Assembly (NCBI GenBank): GCA_028534125.1
Contig: CM052817.1
Location: 7,690,001-7,754,000 of the forward strand
DNA length: 64,000 bases
Direction of reading: 5' to 3'
From: Lama glama
Lineage: Eukaryota
Position 1 is the first letter of the stretch; each line of letters starts with the position of its first letter. The notes below the pieces were generated by a model, which searched no databases, was not told the DNA's origin, and saw only the letters and a program-made list of their open reading frames with translations. Shown here piece by piece: positions 50,600 to 63,048 of this stretch. The position numbers were made by a program, and so were the translations under genes.

Positions 50600-50770
50600 G
50601 GAATTCAGATATAAACACAAGTCCTGACTTTTCCTTGTTGGATTACCTTGGGAAAATTGCTGAACACTCTGGGGCTCAGTTTCCTCACCTTTGAAATGGA
50701 CACAATTATACCTACTTTATAAAAAGAACAGAAAAGTTTTTTAAAAGTGCTATAATAGAAATAAGATTGT
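50600..50770 (+). mobile_element. MIR SINE relic
   Basis: accttgggaaaattgctgaacactctggggctcagtttcctcacctttgaaatgga. Confidence 0.7.
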
Positions 50771-51097
50771 GGACGCTCATTTGTTCTCAAGTTCAGAGAT
50801 GCCCAAAAAAGATACCTCTGTTTCTTTCTAGTCCTAAAGAAGCTGATGCTGGTCAAGCTTCTCCCATTCTCCCCAGCAAGGGTGCTTCAGCTCAGAACCA
50901 AGGAAATTCAGACCCTAAAAACCGGGGACTAAAAGAAAGAGGTTTGACTCAGTCACCAGGTAATCCAAAGGTACATGTAGACAGGTGCAAAATACAAGGA
51001 ATTAGCTCTCTCAGAGTACCCCAGTGTGTTCCTTAGGTGACGGTCTTTGGAAATGTCTAGGGTTGATAGAATACTGACAGTGAACCCTGTCTTCCTG

Positions 51098-51285
51098 TGT
51101 TTTAATCTTCAGTCCTGTCAATGCATCATTATCACTCCTGGAGCTTGTCTATAAACGTGGAAGCCAAGTCCCCCAACTCCAGACCAGTAAATCAGAATCT
51201 CTGGAGGGCTAGCCCAAGGAGACGTAAACTGAAGAATCGTTTCAGGGGACCGTGAAGCAAAGCCCAGCGTGGAAATCATGGCTGT
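51098..51285. mobile_element. MER5-like hAT MITE
   Basis: tgcatcattatcactcctggagcttgtctataaacg...ccagaccagtaaatcagaatctctggagg. Confidence 0.6.
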
Positions 51286-53264
51286 AGAGTCTCATGGGAT
51301 TAGGGGCCGGGGGTGGGAAATGAAACCTTTTGCTGCTGGTTCAGGCTTCTCAATACGCAGAAGTAACTCTAAGTTGATTTGACCTCACACATGGGAAGAC
51401 AGAGCCTTTCCTTGACTATATGATTATTAATCTGTTGATCTACCTGGATCACCTGGTAACACACCATCCCTTCCCATCTCTGGAAAGAGCACTGCCTTTT
51501 CTTCTCTCTTAACTTCTACATCCATTCACACACCAAATTCTCTCAATCCAGCTTCTCTTAATATTTTTCAGTCCTTCTCATTCTCCTCTCTCCATTTCTA
51601 TTGCCTTAGTTCAAGCCTTCATCATCTCTTATTTTCTTATTTTGGAAGCCTATTTTACTTATTTGAGTGAAAAGAAAAGGTTAACTATTCAGGTGGAAAA
51701 AGAAAAGAGAAAGTTGAAGACTAGCATGCAAAGCAAACACTACATATAAACCTTGTGTGAGGGTCTTCATGCATTACTCAGTCTTTGTCCTTCCTACAAC
51801 CTCATTGAGTTCAGCTATCATTTCAGGCTTCACTATAGAGGAGAAGGTGAGATGATCAATGATTATTTCCAATGTCACCCAGCTAATAAATGGCAAAGCA
51901 CTTTCTTACTTCCAATGCCCTTCCTATAGCCAAAAACATTTCAACAAGTTTCACAGTCATTGCCGGTTTGTCCTTCCTAACAGTTGTTCTACATTCCAAC
52001 AGCTTTGCACAAATCTCTTTTTCATTGTTTTCTTTGCCTGAATGGACACAGGGACCAACTGTTCCCTGTCACTCATCTATTACACTTTCATACACTTGAA
52101 GCCTGAGAACCTCTTCTAATTTTCTAATTAATCAATCACTCTTTCATGCGGTGAATTCAGTTTCCAATGATGGAGCAGTCCCAGAATGCTGGCACCACCC
52201 TTGGCATTGGGAGGGAAGGGTCAGGAGGGAGGGAGATGACAAGTTCACTGCCACTGGAGCACTTGAATCCAATAGAAGCTTGACAAATGACAACCAGGCA
52301 ACCCAGCTAAGTGCATTCTCTGAAGTCAGGTCCGAAACAAATAGGAAGGCTGTGTGTGAAATGAGGCAATAGTCCAACAGCCCTCTTACCCAGCTGGGCA
52401 ACCTCTTAGAGAAATAAACAGCGTCCTTTTAACCATCCAGACAGGCTCATGGTTGAGCCGATTTATCTGTATCATCTACAAACAATATTTAACTTAATCT
52501 AAGGCAGAACAGGAGCACAAACATTGAGGTCTTGAGTCTGTAAGCATTTTTACAGCACTGTAATGTTTATGAGAACATTCAAGGCCAAAAAGAATATATG
52601 AGTCTTCAGCAGAAATTTCCATGCTCACTGGATGCCAGGTTTTCACTTATTCATATAATATGCACTTCAGGAGACCTACATTATCCAGCTGTCCTTCAGG
52701 AAGGTGTCGAGTTAAGAGTTTGTGGTTCTGGGCTGAGCTGCCCTTCTCACTAGTTGTGTGATGTTAGGAAAGCCACATCTCAGTTTGGTCAAGTTCAAAA
52801 AGGGCGTTGGGTCAAATTTCTCTAAAGAGCTCTTCCAGCTTCACAAATTGGGAGTTTCATTTGAATGAGGAGTTTTAAGAGAGAAAATGTGATCAATGCT
52901 TCTTACTTAAAAAGTTACGAAAGCAGTCTGAATGGAAAGAGGGTCTTCATTTTCCCTTAATATCTGAGTCACCTGTGTATGTGACTGTCATGTCCATCAG
53001 TGCCAATTAGGAATGTATCTGTGCTTGCTGCTTCTCTTAATTCTACCTGTCTGTTGTACATACCTTACCACTGACCTACCTGCTAAGGATTTCTCTTGCT
53101 CGGCACACCAACATTCCCAGGTATGCTGTGTGCTAACAGGGAGGTGTCAGGTGCTCTGTGCCGAAACAGGAGCCATGGCATCCACCTCTGAGGTGACAAG
53201 GGGAAATTTCAAGATAGTGGCCATATAAGGAAGCAACTCAAATGATTTCCCCAAATAAATCTGG

Positions 53265-53772
53265 GTCTTTGTGAGCACAGAAGATATCTTTTATTTCTTC
53301 CTGCCCACCATTCATATCCCCTTCCTCCAGCAACACCAGCCTGATTTCTATTTCAGCAACAATTTCTCCCTCAAGCTCAGTACATATAGTTTTGGATGGT
53401 ACATGGGAGTCAAATCTCAATGAACCACATGGTCTATCCCATGAATACAGTAACCAGCTCAGCAATGACCTACCTGAGGTTGGCACAAATAAGATCAAGG
53501 TTCAAGAGAGAATTCTTCTCCTAAGACTACCCATGGCAAGGATGGTGTAAGCCTGGTGTTGCCATGAGTGATCACATAGAATACCAAAAAAAAGCCAAAA
53601 CAAAGGAAAGTAGAACTCAAAAGATGAAGAAAATGAATCCTGATGATACTGGCTGAGCACTTTGATACAGCTATGCCTGAAACTGCTTTTTCATTTATGC
53701 AAGCCACTGAAGTCCCTCTTCTAAGCCAGCTTCCATGGGGTTTTTACTACTTGTCCAGGAGATCCATGACAT
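53265..53772 (+). mobile_element. MaLR solo LTR (MLT1K/L-like)
   Basis: cattcatatccccttcctccagcaacaccagcctgatttc...cctgatgatactggctgagcactttgatacagctatgcctgaa...taagccagcttccatgggg. Confidence 0.65.
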
Positions 53773-53896
53773 TCGCTGAAGGCAAAGGCCTTGCATTTGT
53801 TTACTGAACAATTTCAGTATATGGTGTGACGGATGTGATGCTCTGTAGGACAGCTTCTGGATCGAGCATTCATTGGTATGTTTCAATCTGTCCAGG

Positions 53897-54150
53897 GAAG
53901 CAGCATGGTAGAAAGAGAAGGAACTGTGAAGTCAAACTGATCTGAGTTTGAATCCTAGCTTATCCACTGCCTCATTCCAAAAATTTAGTTACTTAGCCTC
54001 TGTGAGCTTGTGTGTTTCTATAAAATGGGGAGTAATAATACATACTTTGAAGAATTTCTTTCCAGGATTAAGTTAAAACACTGAGCACTGAACACATCAC
54101 CTACCACATAATATGCAGTTGATAGATGACAACTGTCATTATTAGTTTAT
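53897..54150 (+). mobile_element. MIR SINE relic (near full length)
   Basis: gcagcatggtagaaagag...tgaagtcaaactgatctgagtttgaatcctagct...ttacttagcctctgtgagc...tataaaatggggagtaataatac. Confidence 0.8.
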
Positions 54151-56229
54151 AGAACCAGAAGCCATGTCTAGCAGTGTCTAATATGAATGTAACATGAAGT
54201 TCCTTACAACTTCAAAGTTCAATATAATTTACAAAATATTTTTTTACCTATTAGCTCATACCTCCCAATCCCCAATACTCAGAGGTAGTAAAATTTGGTA
54301 TAGTAATCCCCATTTTAGAAAAGAAGAAGCCAAGGTCTTACAGCCAGTAAGAAGCAGAGTCAGGACCAAAGTTACAGCCTTTTGATCCCAAGCTCAGAGC
54401 TCTAACTTCCCAACCGTGCAGCCTCCAGGCCTAATGCCCAGAACATGTGTCATCTCTCAGTCTCCACTGATACTCCCTGAGTTGTATGTATTACAGACCT
54501 ACACAGTGACAAAGCTAGAAAAGTCATTGGAAATCTCAATCTCCAACCCGCCAAACATCCACTCGTATTACAGTTAAAAGTGCAGGATGTAAGGTAAGAG
54601 AGATTAGGGTTTGAATTCACCAATTCTGGACTTTGAGGGCACAAGTCAATAGAAAAGTCTGGCTGAGCTGCAGTTTTCTTATCTGTATTATGAGTGCCCC
54701 CTCCTACCTCTTCTGCTTGTAAAGAGAATTCAACGGGCATGTGCTGTAAGACAATTAGTGTAATGCTTACCACGTGGAAACCTCTCTGTAAATGGCATAA
54801 ATTATCAAATTATTTATTGTTGTAATTACTGTTGTTACAAACCGGATTCTGAACCCCCAGTGCTTTCTCCACTCCTTACTATCCAGGCCGTAAACTTAAA
54901 AATACATATATGCCACAGAGGGTGGAGACTGTCTCTCATGTCTCGGCACCCCCCAAATCAATCCGTATTTCGTGAATGCCACGGTGACTGAGTGATCACC
55001 ATGCTCAGGCGTTCACTGGGAGTACCTCCTACAGGGCTAATTACCTCTGAGCTCTGTGGGCTCACCTCCTCTCCCACCAGGAAGGAGACTGCAGGGGTTG
55101 ATAAAGATGAGAGGGGCAAGTCAGACACTCCTGCCCTTTCAAGGCTTGTTTCTTTTTGTGTTTTTCCTTCCCCTCTATGTTTGCCTCTTGTTCCTTCCCA
55201 CACCTGCTCCAGACTCAGCTGAGAGTCAGGGATGAAGGTGCTGGGTGTGGGCCCCATTAGGGAAGATCTGGGCTTTATCCTTTGCTTGTATTCTCCACTT
55301 GTGATTTGTACGAAATTCACCTGGGGACACATGCTACAAGGCACAAGAGGTCTTTTTGATTGAACAGTGAAAGGAGCCTATTAGAAATGTGAAATCATAA
55401 TTTCTGGAGGTTTGGGGACTTTAAAAAAATTGTGGACAGCTGTTGGCTAAAGAACTGAGAAATGTTTAAGTCAGGAAAATATCCTAGGTAATGGAGCCAG
55501 AGAGCCTAAATCAGTGGTAAATACTGCTAAGCCATCATTACACACTAAATAGTTATTAGTCATCTCTCTGTTTGTAACGGAAAGCTTAAGGGTCTGAAGT
55601 CCAAAGCTTAGACTCCATTCTCTCTAACAAATCAAACGTCCCATCCCCTCCAATAGCAGAAATCTGCCAAGAGAACATTAAAGGTCAAGCTAAACCCACA
55701 AAAGCAAAGCAATGCCAATTTCAAAGACCCTGAATGGAAAATACAATTAAAAGTTCATTCTGAGTAGGAGAAAAGACTGGGAGCTGGATTTAAGGTCAGG
55801 AGCCCAAGGGGCAATGGCAAAGGGAAACAGGAATCCCAAGCCAAACCATAAGCAAAGTGGCCTGGAAACTCTCACGCTTGGCAGGAGCCTTCCCCTCTCC
55901 AGCCCCTCTTGGGTGAGTGGGTCACAGTGCAGGTGGAAAGTTGAGCTGCCCCTGCGGGACCCATACTGGGAACTGAACGTGCGGGCCTGGCCTCCAGTGG
56001 CTAGACCTGTGCTAGGGACCTGGCTTTCTCCCAGCTCCACAGTCATCTTCCTGTGTGACCCTGCAAAGTCATTCACCCTGCCCTGCCCTAGTTTTACCTA
56101 ATTACAAAATAATTTCTTCTAATGAGGCCAGGCTTACCAATAAGCCTGAATTTCGGACCCAACTTTATAATGCTCACATCTTTCCATTTTACTTTTTCAC
56201 CAATGCCTGAAATACTACCATTCATAAAT

Positions 56230-58135
56230 AGATTTAACCTAAAAACATTGTTTGAAGGCCTACTTCACGCCAGATATTGTACTAGGCACTAGGTATACAG
56301 GAATGAGTAAAACAAACCTGGATCCTAAGCAAGGCCTGGTTGGAAGAAACATTGAATTGAACAGATAAATACACACATACGTATCTGCAAATGGAGAGTC
56401 CCCTGCAAAGTTATTGGACAAATTACTCTGAGAAAGGTTAAAGCCTGAGTCTTAGTTAAAGTCATTATTGAAGCCACTGAGAAGGTGACTTTTAAGCTGA
56501 GACTTGACACATACTATGAAGATCTAGGAACATGCTGTTCTGGGTAGCAGGTGACTGGCATGCGCTACGTCTGAGCTGAAAGGGGCTTGGTGTGTGCAGG
56601 AACTGAAAACGACAGGAGGTCTTTGTGGATGGGACACAGGACATAGGATGGGAAGGAGCTGAGATGAGGCTAACCAGTAGCCAAGGAGAGGTCAAATGAG
56701 GCTTGGTAGGCCACTATGGGGCAACTTTATATTGGTCTTTCCATAATCTAAAGCCACTGAAAGTCTAAGCAAGAGGTTACATCATCTCTCTCAGTATTAA
56801 AATTACTCTGGCTCCACTGAGGTGGACAGGATGTTAGAAGGCACAAGAGGATACAGAGACACCAGAGAAAATGTTTTGTTCCCCTCCCTAGATTGTAAGC
56901 TCCAAAGAGTCATGTCTGTTTTAGTCAGTGTTTTTGCTCTGGTTCATAGAATAAGAGTTGTGCCATGAAGTTGGTGAATCAGTTCTGATGGAAAATAAAG
57001 GCAGAATCTAACTTAGGGTCAGTAAGAGAAGTCCTGTATGTGGCACTTAAGAGGAGGAACCTACTAATTATGTATCAAATGAATGAAGAAATAAATAAAG
57101 ATCTCTGGTCTCCAGATAAGAATATTACAGTGGTTTGGATATGGTGGTGGAAGTTAGGAGGGTGAGAAGTGGGCAAATGTGAGATATACTTGAAGGCAAG
57201 AAATGAAGGACTTCTACAGAATGGGTATGACGGTGAAGAGAGGGACAGATAAAGGCTAACACCCTCATTGATGGCTAGTGCACCAAATTGCAGGCAAAGG
57301 CATTTTCTGGGGTGGGGGAACCTCTGTCAGGACAGACAGATTACATTATTGGCCTGTAAACCTGAGTAAGAGCCAGCCCAGCCACCGCAGACCAGTGCAT
57401 GTCACGATGCCTGCGCACTGTCACTTCATTTTGATGTGGCTGCTTACATGGCATTACTGTGGCCGCAGCCACCTGAGGCAGAAATCATGAGATTCAAGGG
57501 AAAATCGTGAATCCAATTCTGAAATGTCAAACCTGCGAGAGTTATGGAATACCCAAGGTGGGCTATCAGGTAAGAGATTGAGTACACAATTCCATGAGGG
57601 TACAGATGGGGTCTCAGCTCAAGATAAACCTTTTGAAGTCACCAGCATAAAGATGATACTTAGAACTAAAGGCACAGATGAAATCATCCCAAAGAAATGT
57701 ATAGGAACGAAAGGTAAAAAGGTGCCCATTTCCCAACCGTGGGGCCCTTCAACATTTAGAAGTCAAGAGAAGACTGAAATAAGGACCAGAGAGATGACAG
57801 GAAAACAGGAGTGCATGGGACCACAGCATCCAAGGGAGATTTTTTACAAGAAGTAGATAAATTGGGAGTTTGGGATTTGCAGACGCTAACCACTATATAT
57901 AAAATAGATAAACAGCAAGGTCTTACCGTCCAGCACAGGGAACTATACTCAGTATCTTGTAATAGCCTATAATGAAAAAGAATAGGAAAAAAGAATATAT
58001 AGATAAATGTATAACTGAATCACTGTGCTGTACATTGAAACTAACACAACATTGCAAACCAACTACATGTCAATTAAATAAATAAATACAAACTGAAAGT
58101 AGCAGAGAATGATCAACCCCGTCAAACGTTTACAT
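56230..58135 (-). mobile_element. Fragmented L2 LINE relic with later insertions
   Basis: aaacattgtttgaaggcctacttcacgccagatattgtactaggcactagg 3' end; gagaaggtgacttttaagctgagacttga; gaagtcaccagcataaagatgatacttagaac; ccttcaacatttagaagtca. Confidence 0.7.
57853..58090 (+). mobile_element. L1 3' tip (older artiodactyl-type)
   Basis: gataaattgggagtttgggatttgcagacgctaaccactatatataaaatagataaacagcaagg...gtataactgaatcactgtgctgtac + (TAAA)n tail. Confidence 0.92.
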
Positions 58136-58139
58136 AAGA

Positions 58140-58623
58140 CGTCATTGGTTTCTTATTGCTGCTATAACAAGTTATCGCTCTTAGTGGCTTAAAATAACCA
58201 AAAAAAAAAAAATTGTGATCTTCAGAGTTTCAGAGATCAAAAGTCTGAAACGGGTCTGACTGAGCCAAGGTTCAAGTGCCAGCAAAAATGTGTTTCTTCT
58301 GGAGGCTGCAGGGCAGGGTCAGTTTCCAAGCCTTTCCCACCTTCTGGAGGGCTACCCACATTCCCTGACTCTTCTCCCTGCAAATCTCTTTAGGATTCTG
58401 ACAATGGATTTTCTGCTGCCTTCTTTTACTCAGAAGGATCCTCGTGGTTCCATTGGGCCCACCTGGAAACCACAAGATAACTTTGCATTTGAAACTCAGC
58501 AGATTAGCAACCTCAAATCTATCTGAAACTTAATGTCCCCTTTGCCCCACACAACATAACATTCACAGAGGCCAGGAACTAGGAAGCAGGCAGCTGTGGG
58601 AGACCATTATCCTCCACACCACA
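58140..58623 (-). mobile_element. MaLR solo LTR (MLT1D-like)
   Basis: attgctgctataacaag...aagtctgaaacgggtctgactgagccaagg...cattgggcccacctgga...gattagcaacctcaaatctatctg...cacaccaca. Confidence 0.85.
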
Positions 58624-58809
58624 GACACTGAGTAGCATGAGCTTTGCTTCCTGACAAAACGGATAGGTGTTTCTGGAAAAGGTTAAGGCTTCTAGTATAT
58701 GAGTTAGTTTCCCAGATTATTAAGAGAATACCCCTCTTCTACGCAGAATTACGTAAGAGACATTTGAAGAATCGGAAAAATAGACCTACCCATAAAGGAA
58801 ATCCCCTTC

Positions 58810-60825
58810 AGTTACTTATTTTAAACAACTAAGGATTTCCAACCATGTGAGGGATGAAAAAGCACAAAACAGGAGAATCGAGATGGACAAAAAGAATGCT
58901 GGAATAAACAGAGATAATCCACAGAATATGAGAACTTTCAAAGTAATTCTAATGCGTATTCTAAGAGATATTTGAGAACAGATCACATCAATGAGATAAG
59001 CGTAGGCTGATATAAGAGGATTAATCAGGAGACAAGAAAGTATTCATGGAAATTTAAAATATGATGGCTGAAAAATTTTTTAAATGTTGAATAGCATGAT
59101 CTGAGGAAAATACTACAGAACACAAAACTGAAACAAAGAAAAGAAAGTGATAAAAGGTAAAACTAAAATCTTAAAGGATCAACCTGGAAGGGTCCTCCTT
59201 CCTCTAAAAGAGTTCTAGAAGAAGAAAGAATGATGGAGGATAAAAAAAAAATGTAATGCTGCAAGACAGCAGGGAAAGGGTTATCAAGTTTTAAGGGAAA
59301 ATGTTATTTTGAAATCAGAATTCCACACCTCGTCACAATACCAAGCATGAGAGTAAAATAAAATCATTTCTAGACATAAAAGGAATCAGAACATTTGTCT
59401 TTGTACAGCCTTCTGGTGGAAAAAATAACCTTTATTACGTATTCCAGCAGAACAAAAGAAGATGCTGTAAGAGGAGCCTGCACGATTAACTCACGCATGA
59501 TGGTAGAAGCTGTGTTCTCCGTCTCTCCCCAGGCAAACAGTGGACCCACTTCCTGGCATTCCTGCATCTAGATAAGCCATACAACAGTTCTCGTCAAGGG
59601 TCAGAAGTCACGTGCACCACGTCTAGCCCAAAGAGATCAGAAGCACAGGTGTCCTCCCCCATCAACAGCCTTGCGCACCCACTGGCCAGCTGCAAAGGAG
59701 AGCAAAACCTAGAACATAGCTGAGACACCCCATGGAAGGGTCTGTTTCCAGAATGTCTGCAGGAAGCAGAGCTCCCTTTCAGTCTCAGATGAACTGTGAT
59801 GCAAGTGAAAAATGAAACTTCCATGAAATTAAGCCTCTGAAATTTGGAGATATTACAGCATTAAACCTAGCCTGATTAATGCAAGAATATAATGGAAAAA
59901 ACTCTGGGAAAATGGCTCTGCTCATAAAGCAGAAGTTCCAATTTGAATAGAATTTGGGACACTTTAATAGTTTTATCTTTAAGAAGAAAGTAGACTTTAT
60001 TAAACAAAGGATAAGATTAAAATCCAGGAAATTCAATGGAAATGGTCAATAAAGTGCATGGTTTATCTGTCAGCAAGTAGAAGAAAACAATTAGAAATAC
60101 CAAGAAAAACTAGAGAATATATAGAATATCTTGGCTTAAGTAGAAAGTGAACTAAAATGCAGCATGATATTGAGCAGTTAGAATAGAAGACATTCTGCTT
60201 CAACTTTGGGAGCATTCTCTGTCAATTCTAAGCAACACAGAATTGCATTTCTTCACTCTGGGTCCAACCCTACCGCTTGGTTCTACCGAACAGTTACTCT
60301 TATTACATTGACTTTGTCATTATACTGTAAAGGCTAATTGTTTGCTTTCAAATTTTTAGAATCAATTTTAGAAACAGCAAAAACACTTAAACATAATCAC
60401 AAAGCAGGATGTGAATGTTAAAACTCTGATGCTGGATAAAAATTATACAGCTGACACAACCTGAGAGATACAAGGAAGAAAGGAGGTTAAGAGTGTGTTA
60501 AGCCTTAATTTCCTCCTTGTAAAGCGTGGGGCATCAAGAAATAGTCTCCAAATTTGGTAGAACAAGAAGTGCAATTTTAATTATAACATTTAACAAAACT
60601 GGGGATAGTGTATGTGACCCAAAGTCCTAATCTTTCTCAGCAGATTTGACAGAGAAACATGTAATAATAAATTGTTTAATACCATCTTATTAACAATTAG
60701 AAGAAATAAAAATGTAAATGACTCTACTAAGGAGTGGGACTCTGGATAAATAGGAAGTGGTGTTCACTTTTTTACTTACTAGTGACATTTGACTTCTCAA
60801 AGAATGTGCATACGTTACTTTTATG
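58810..60825 (+). mobile_element. HAL1/L1-ORF1-like relic interrupted by an LTR
   Basis: aagttttaagggaaaatgttattttgaaatcagaattccacacc...gagagtaaaataaaatcatttctagacataaaaggaatcagaacattt (ORF1 C-terminal region); 3' end atttgacttctcaaagaatgtgcatacgttactttt. Confidence 0.6.
59466..59883 (+). mobile_element. MaLR solo LTR (MLT1I/J-like)
   Basis: cacttcctggcattcctgcatctagataagccat...cagaagtcacgtgcaccac...attaagcctctgaaatttggag...cctagcctgattaatgca. Confidence 0.7.
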
Positions 60826-61703
60826 ATGCCGCCAACCAAGACTGTGAGAAGAGGAGACGGAACAGGTGTGTGTGAGGAGAAGGTGGCCAAAGATTTCAGT
60901 TTAAACTTGTTGAATCATTTATTTGAAATCTTTAGATCAAACACAAGCATTTACCGTAAGCTCTCTGATAGGGGGATTACAGAACTACACTTAACACACA
61001 AAGGAGGGCTTTAGTGTACTCACTTTGAAATTTGCATTTTTATTTTGGAAGGAATTTTGTGTTCAGAGTTTTTGTTTGCTCTCAAATGTATCCACTTCTT
61101 TGACTTAGAGTAATTATGTTTAAGAAAACCAAAACACCAGCAATGTTTCCATTACTCACCATAAAAATCTCTTTTTAATTCATGTTTTCCTGTGTCTTCT
61201 CAAGTGCTTACATTACTGAAAAGTTTTCTAAAAAACAATGGAGCTTTGGGATTGGTAAATTTACTGTGATTCCTTAAAGTCGTATATCATGAACTCGATT
61301 TGTTATTCAGTTAATAGACTCCTTCCTCAACCCCTTTTCCATAAGCAGCATGGTGTGCAGTAATTCGTTGGTTTTATCCAAGGAAAAATGCACTACAGAA
61401 AGATGGAAATATGGGTCCAGAGCTTGGCAGGAACAGAGAGGTCAGGATTAAAGGGATGTATTTGGTGGTGATTAAAGGGCTGATAATATAAGCCACAGAA
61501 GTGGAATGAAATCGCCTAGGCAGAAAATAGAGGGAGATGAGATGAGAAGTAATAACAAAAAGTCAGGAGACGCTCACACATGAAGATGCAGAATTAAGAA
61601 GAATAAAGAACAAAGACTGAAGTGTTGTTTGGATGAATGAGACGAAAAGTCACTAGGCTATAAATTAATGGAAGGCAGAGCAGAGACTGTCATTATTGAC
61701 TTT

Positions 61704-61852
61704 GACTTTTTTTGTTGTGTTTTGTTTTGTTTTATGAGGGGGAGTTAATTAGGCGTATTTATTTATTTATCTTCAGAGGAGGTGTGGGGATTGAACCCAG
61801 GACCTCATACATGCTAAGCATGCACTCTACCACTTGAGCTCTACCCTCCCCT
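61704..61852 (-). mobile_element. tRNA-Ala-derived SINE (camelid vic-1-like) with TSD
   Basis: Minus strand ggggagggtagagctcaagtggtagagtgcatgcttagcatgtatgaggtcctgggttcaatcccc (A/B boxes) + (CAAAA)n tail; exact TSD tcattattgacttt at 61690-61703 and 61853-61866. Confidence 0.92.
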
Positions 61853-63048
61853 TCATTATTGACTTTTAATTCTCTAATCCTCCTCTCTCTGATCCCACTA
61901 TCGTCACCTGACCAATAGTTACTGAAAGACATAAGAGGGGAAGAAGGCAGAATGAATGAAGATGTAGAGAAAACTTCCAGTAGACCCAAGATAAAATAAG
62001 TATCCTGGATAAAACTGTCTCTATGAGGTAGGACCCTGTCCCCTCAGCACCCAGCAATTTAGAGCTCCTTCTATATAGTAAACATTCAAAAGAGGTCAGA
62101 GGGAATGAATAAATGAAATATAGTTCAGGACGGGCACAAAGGACAAGAGAGAAGAGGGCAGATGGAGGGAACTGTGAACTTAGATTTTAAGAGCCTAGCA
62201 TTTGTATTTCTCTTGCTGGCTTCAAACCCCCAAGTCACAATTATCTGCAAAATATGAAATAACACATGCAACAAGAGGGCTCCAACATGAGGGCCCACTA
62301 CGGGCATCCCTAAGCACTCTTAAGTTTCTAGGGTCATGCTTTCTTTTAAAGTGCCCCGAGGCACTTGAGAATCTGTATTAGACAGCACAGTCCTAGACAG
62401 AAATTGCTAGAGTTTCACTAATGTCTTAAGCAAATGATCTTACATTATGATGTTGAGCAGAAACAACAAATAGGTCTGCTCTGTAGTTTAAGTGAAGGGA
62501 CTCAGCAGAAACATGAAGTCATTGTTTTCCTTAGGTCATTCAGATGGACGGGATGAAAGATTAGCATGAATACAACCATTTCACCTCTTAGGTGCTAAAG
62601 GCAACTTAAGAGTATGAAGGCAAAACCTGCATGCATTTCCCCTAATTCTCTAAAGCGACCCATAAGTGTGGGTCAAACTACACTAATATCAGAAAAGCAG
62701 CAGAAACATCAGGGTCTGTGTTAACTACAAACCTACTTCTTGCATTTTCTTTCCAGGAGAAATGGGCTGATTTCTGATCAGAGGTGGGGGCTGGGGGGGA
62801 CCACTGCTGGTCAGAATTTGTCAATCCATCTCACCAACATAAAGATACTTGCCTTCACATATAGGCCATTACCAGCCGGAGAGAATTTTCAGTCTGCATC
62901 CTTCTGTGGGCTCCTATCAGTCTTTTAAATCTATATTCATCTATATTTTGAGAGAGAGACAGAGAGAAAGAGATCACTCTTACATCCTCCTCATTTTTGC
63001 AGACCCCAACCATTCAATTCTTTTCTTGGGAGAATGGATTTCAAAGTA